From positions 13,342-77,341 of the forward strand of contig JAGWMO010000003.1 of NCBI GenBank assembly GCA_028871675.1: a DNA stretch of 64,000 nt, read 5' to 3'. The stretch's first letter is position 1. Each line of letters starts with the position of its first letter. Position numbers and translations under genes: made by a program. This document shows positions 60,308-64,000 of the stretch, piece after piece. A model generated the notes under the pieces. The model saw only the letters and a list, made by a program, of their open reading frames with translations, was not told the DNA's origin and made no database searches. This stretch comes from Betaproteobacteria bacterium (GTDB lineage: Bacteria; Pseudomonadota; Gammaproteobacteria; Burkholderiales; Burkholderiaceae_C).

Positions 60308-61453
60308 TTACTGGGTCACGGCTGCCGGCGGATAGGTGATCTTGTAGCCGCCGTTCGACGTGATCGCGAACGCCACATACGGGCTGCCGGTGCGCTCACC
60401 CACGGCATTCCACGAGAAGGTTCCCGTCAGGCCTTCGAAATCCTTGAGCTGATGCAGGGCGGGGATGAGCTTGGCGGGTTCCACGCTCTTGATCTTCTCG
60501 GCGGTGTAGAGAACGGCGCGGAAACCATCGGCGTTGGTCAGCGTGAAAATGCTGGGCGGCTCATGGCCATAGGCGGCCTTGAACTGTGTGAGGAATTCCT
60601 TGGCTGCCGGATACGGCAGGTCCTGCGGCGCCGGCACATTGATGATCACCGCTCCCGCCGCGGCATTGCCGGCAATCTTGGCGAAGGCCACATTCTGGTT
60701 CGCATCGCCGCCAACGAACTTCGCTTTCATGCCCAGTTGCGCCATTTGCGCCTTGATCAAACCGCCGTCGGTGTAATAACCCGAGAAGTACACCACCTGC
60801 GGGTGCAGGGCATTGAGCTTGGTCAGCACCGGGGTGTAGTTCTGCGATCCGGCGTTGATGTAGGCCTTGTCGAGCACGTCGATGCCGTCCTTCTTCGCAT
60901 CGGCCACCACCGCATCGGCCAGGCCCGTGGCGAAGCTGGAGTGGTCGGTCACCACGGCGATGCGCTTGTCACCCATGGCCTTGAAATACCCGGCGGTGAA
61001 CAAGGCCTCGGCGCTGTTGGGCGGCGCGTTGCGGAAAAAAGTCTTGAAGCCGTGCGCGGTCAACTCGTCGCTGGTGCCGTCCGAGGTTTGAATGACGTTG
61101 GCGCGGGCGTAGATCGGCTCGGCGGCCAGGGCCGCGCCGCTGGTGTAGCTGCCGACCACGGCGAGCACGCCGTCGTTCACCAGTTGCCGCGCACAAATCG
61201 CGGCCGCAGCGGCTTCGCCCTGGTCGTCGCAGACCTTCACTTCCAGCGGGTGGCCGAGCAGGCCGCCCTTGGCGTTGGTCTGTTTCGCCAGCAGTTTCAC
61301 GGCATCGGCAATGCCTTGGCCTTCGTTGGCGTACTGGCCGGTGATCGGTGCCTGCACGCCGATCTTGATGGGCGCAGCCGCGAAGGCCATGCCGGCTGCG
61401 GCAAAGCAAGCCACACCGGCGCCAAGCCGAAGGGTACGGGAAAGGTTATGCAT
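60308..61453 (-). CDS. periplasmic branched-chain amino acid-binding protein (LivJ/K-like)
   Basis: Signal peptide, then IKIGVQAPITGQYANEGQG. 381 aa, type I PBP. Confidence 0.85.
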   Translation of the reverse strand: MHNLSRTLRLGAGVACFAAAGMAFAAAPIKIGVQAPITGQYANEGQGIADAVKLLAKQTNAKGGLLGHPLEVKVCDDQGEAAAAAICARQLVNDGVLAVVGSYTSGAALAAEPIYARANVIQTSDGTSDELTAHGFKTFFRNAPPNSAEALFTAGYFKAMGDKRIAVVTDHSSFATGLADAVVADAKKDGIDVLDKAYINAGSQNYTPVLTKLNALHPQVVYFSGYYTDGGLIKAQMAQLGMKAKFVGGDANQNVAFAKIAGNAAAGAVIINVPAPQDLPYPAAKEFLTQFKAAYGHEPPSIFTLTNADGFRAVLYTAEKIKSVEPAKLIPALHQLKDFEGLTGTFSWNAVGERTGSPYVAFAITSNGGYKITYPPAAVTQ

Positions 61454-61774
61454 CAGAATCTCCAGACGTCAATGGCCCGGTCATGAGCGCCGAGCCTGTT
61501 GGATCAAAACCGCTGTCGATTCCGCGATGGGTGTGTGTCCACCCCGTGCAGATGAGCTGGCGAAGGCCAGCTAGGGCAGAGACGTGCAGCGCGGATCATT
61601 GTGTGAACGAGCGGCAACCGAAGGTTTGCAAGCCGTGTGGGTCTACAACCTCTTGTTTCATGCTAGGCCGCATACCCGGGATTTCCAAGACCGCTCATGC
61701 AAGAAACGTCACGGCGTGTAAGCGCTGGGGCTCCCCAGCGCCCGCCTCTGGTGCAGGAATAGCGTGAACAGGCC

Positions 61775-62029
61775 CTAGGCCGCTTGTGGATGGTGATGCG
61801 TCAAATCCCCATGCCCCGCCAGCAGACCGGCGATTGAAATGTCCTCATCCAACTGGTCCCAATGCAGACCGCCGGTGCTGATGGTGAAGTTCTGGCGCTG
61901 TTCAAGGCTGGCATGAAGCAGCCGCGGGAACCATGCCAACGGCACACCAAGCATGCGCCCGTCATTCAAGCTGACATACATGCTGCTATCGTCGAACGTG
62001 ACCTGAACAGCTTTAACCGAAGTATTCAT
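61775..62029 (-). CDS. DUF2442 protein
   Basis: 84 aa. VKAVQVTFDDSSMYVSLNDGRMLGVPLAWFPRLLHASLEQRQNFTISTGGLHWDQLDEDISIAGLL is the typical DUF2442 pattern. Confidence 0.65.
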   Translation of the reverse strand: MNTSVKAVQVTFDDSSMYVSLNDGRMLGVPLAWFPRLLHASLEQRQNFTISTGGLHWDQLDEDISIAGLLAGHGDLTHHHPQAA

Positions 62030-62245
62030 GCCATTCCCTTTCGGTCAAAAGTGCGTTGGCTTCAACCATGCGAAGCAGATCGCGCAGCGTGCGCGCATCG
62101 AAGCCATCGTTGCTCGCCAGACGCACGGGGGATAGCCAGAACTTGGCATCCACACCGCCCTTGGTGATGTGGACGTGGACAGGTTCGCGTGGGTTGCCTT
62201 CATTGGAATAAAAGAGGAATCCATCTTGCCGAAAACCTCTGGCAT
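62013..62245 (-). pseudogene. DUF4160 gene interrupted by a 1-nt frameshift near its 5' end
   Basis: ATG at 62245 gives MPEVF. After the T4 run (62232-62235) the family-typical sequence RQDGFLFYSNEGNPREPVHVHITKGGVDAKFWLSPVRLASNDGFDARTLRDLLRMVEANALLTEREWHEYFG continues in the -1 frame to the stop at 62013-62015. That frame has no start codon of its own. It overlaps the DUF2442 start by 17 nt. Confidence 0.6.
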
Positions 62246-62409
62246 GTCGGTCGCCCCTGAAGGTTGGCTATGAGCTTTTCAGCCTGCGCCTGAGTGTATA
62301 GCCTGCCCGCGCCGCCCTGAGCTCTACCATCACCCAAGACGACGCTGAATCCGTTCCCGCGCAGCGCCCGGGGGGCTTGTTCCGTGTTGCCCTCAGCAAA
62401 CCCGCCGCC

Positions 62410-64000
<1,591 letters not shown>

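Noticed and set aside
62229-62238. Programmed -1 ribosomal frameshifting at GAGGTTTTCGG in the DUF4160 gene
   Set aside because: The site is not a canonical X-XXY-YYZ slippery heptamer (P-site GUU would have to re-pair with GGU), and no obvious downstream stimulatory structure was seen. A 1-nt indel in a homopolymer (mutation or assembly error) is the simpler explanation.

Overview
High-GC, densely coding chromosomal segment that looks betaproteobacterial (Burkholderiales-like gene content; tmRNA tag ANDDSFALAA). All calls come from reading the sequence and ORF translations and recognising motifs from memory. No searches were run.

Left to right:
- Glycogen genes: the 3' part of glgA, then glgP.
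- An IS3-family transposase remnant.
- An ~11.5-kb genomic island (4357-15878) inserted in the 3' end of the tmRNA gene ssrA. A 15-bp direct repeat bounds it, and the ancestral ssrA terminator is stranded at its far end. It carries a P4-type integrase, an AlpA-like regulator and a second tyrosine-recombinase-like gene. Its cargo is a complete ExbB-ExbD-TonB set, a TonB-dependent receptor and a secreted YncE-like beta-propeller.
- ssrA itself, a GGDEF protein and UDP-glucose dehydrogenase.
- A very tightly packed co-directional cluster: MaoC/Pta fusion, AckA, MgtC/DUF4010 membrane protein, P3A-type (H+-ATPase-like) P-type ATPase and a short PhaC-like enzyme. A C-terminal fragment of a class I PhaC precedes it; phaB and a phasin follow.
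- A K+ channel, an FAD-linked oxidase, DUF2069, a WrbA-like protein and YihY.
- A form IA RuBisCO operon cbbLSQO with divergent cbbR and an adjacent beta-carbonic anhydrase.
- NMO, acyl-CoA dehydrogenase and etfBA; MscS; enoyl-CoA hydratase, acyl-CoA synthetase and an HDAC-like protein.
- A MoxR-DUF58-transglutaminase triad, then a liv-type ABC transporter.
- At the right edge, a DUF2442 / frameshifted DUF4160 pair and the 5' half of an MmeI-family restriction-modification/methyltransferase gene that runs off the window.

No CRISPR array, rRNA or tRNA gene was seen. The many long ORFs antisense to real genes are treated as GC-driven artefacts.

The loci most worth follow-up are the ssrA island with its mobile TonB-system cargo and the Pta-AckA-MgtC-like-H+-ATPase-PhaC-like operon-like cluster.
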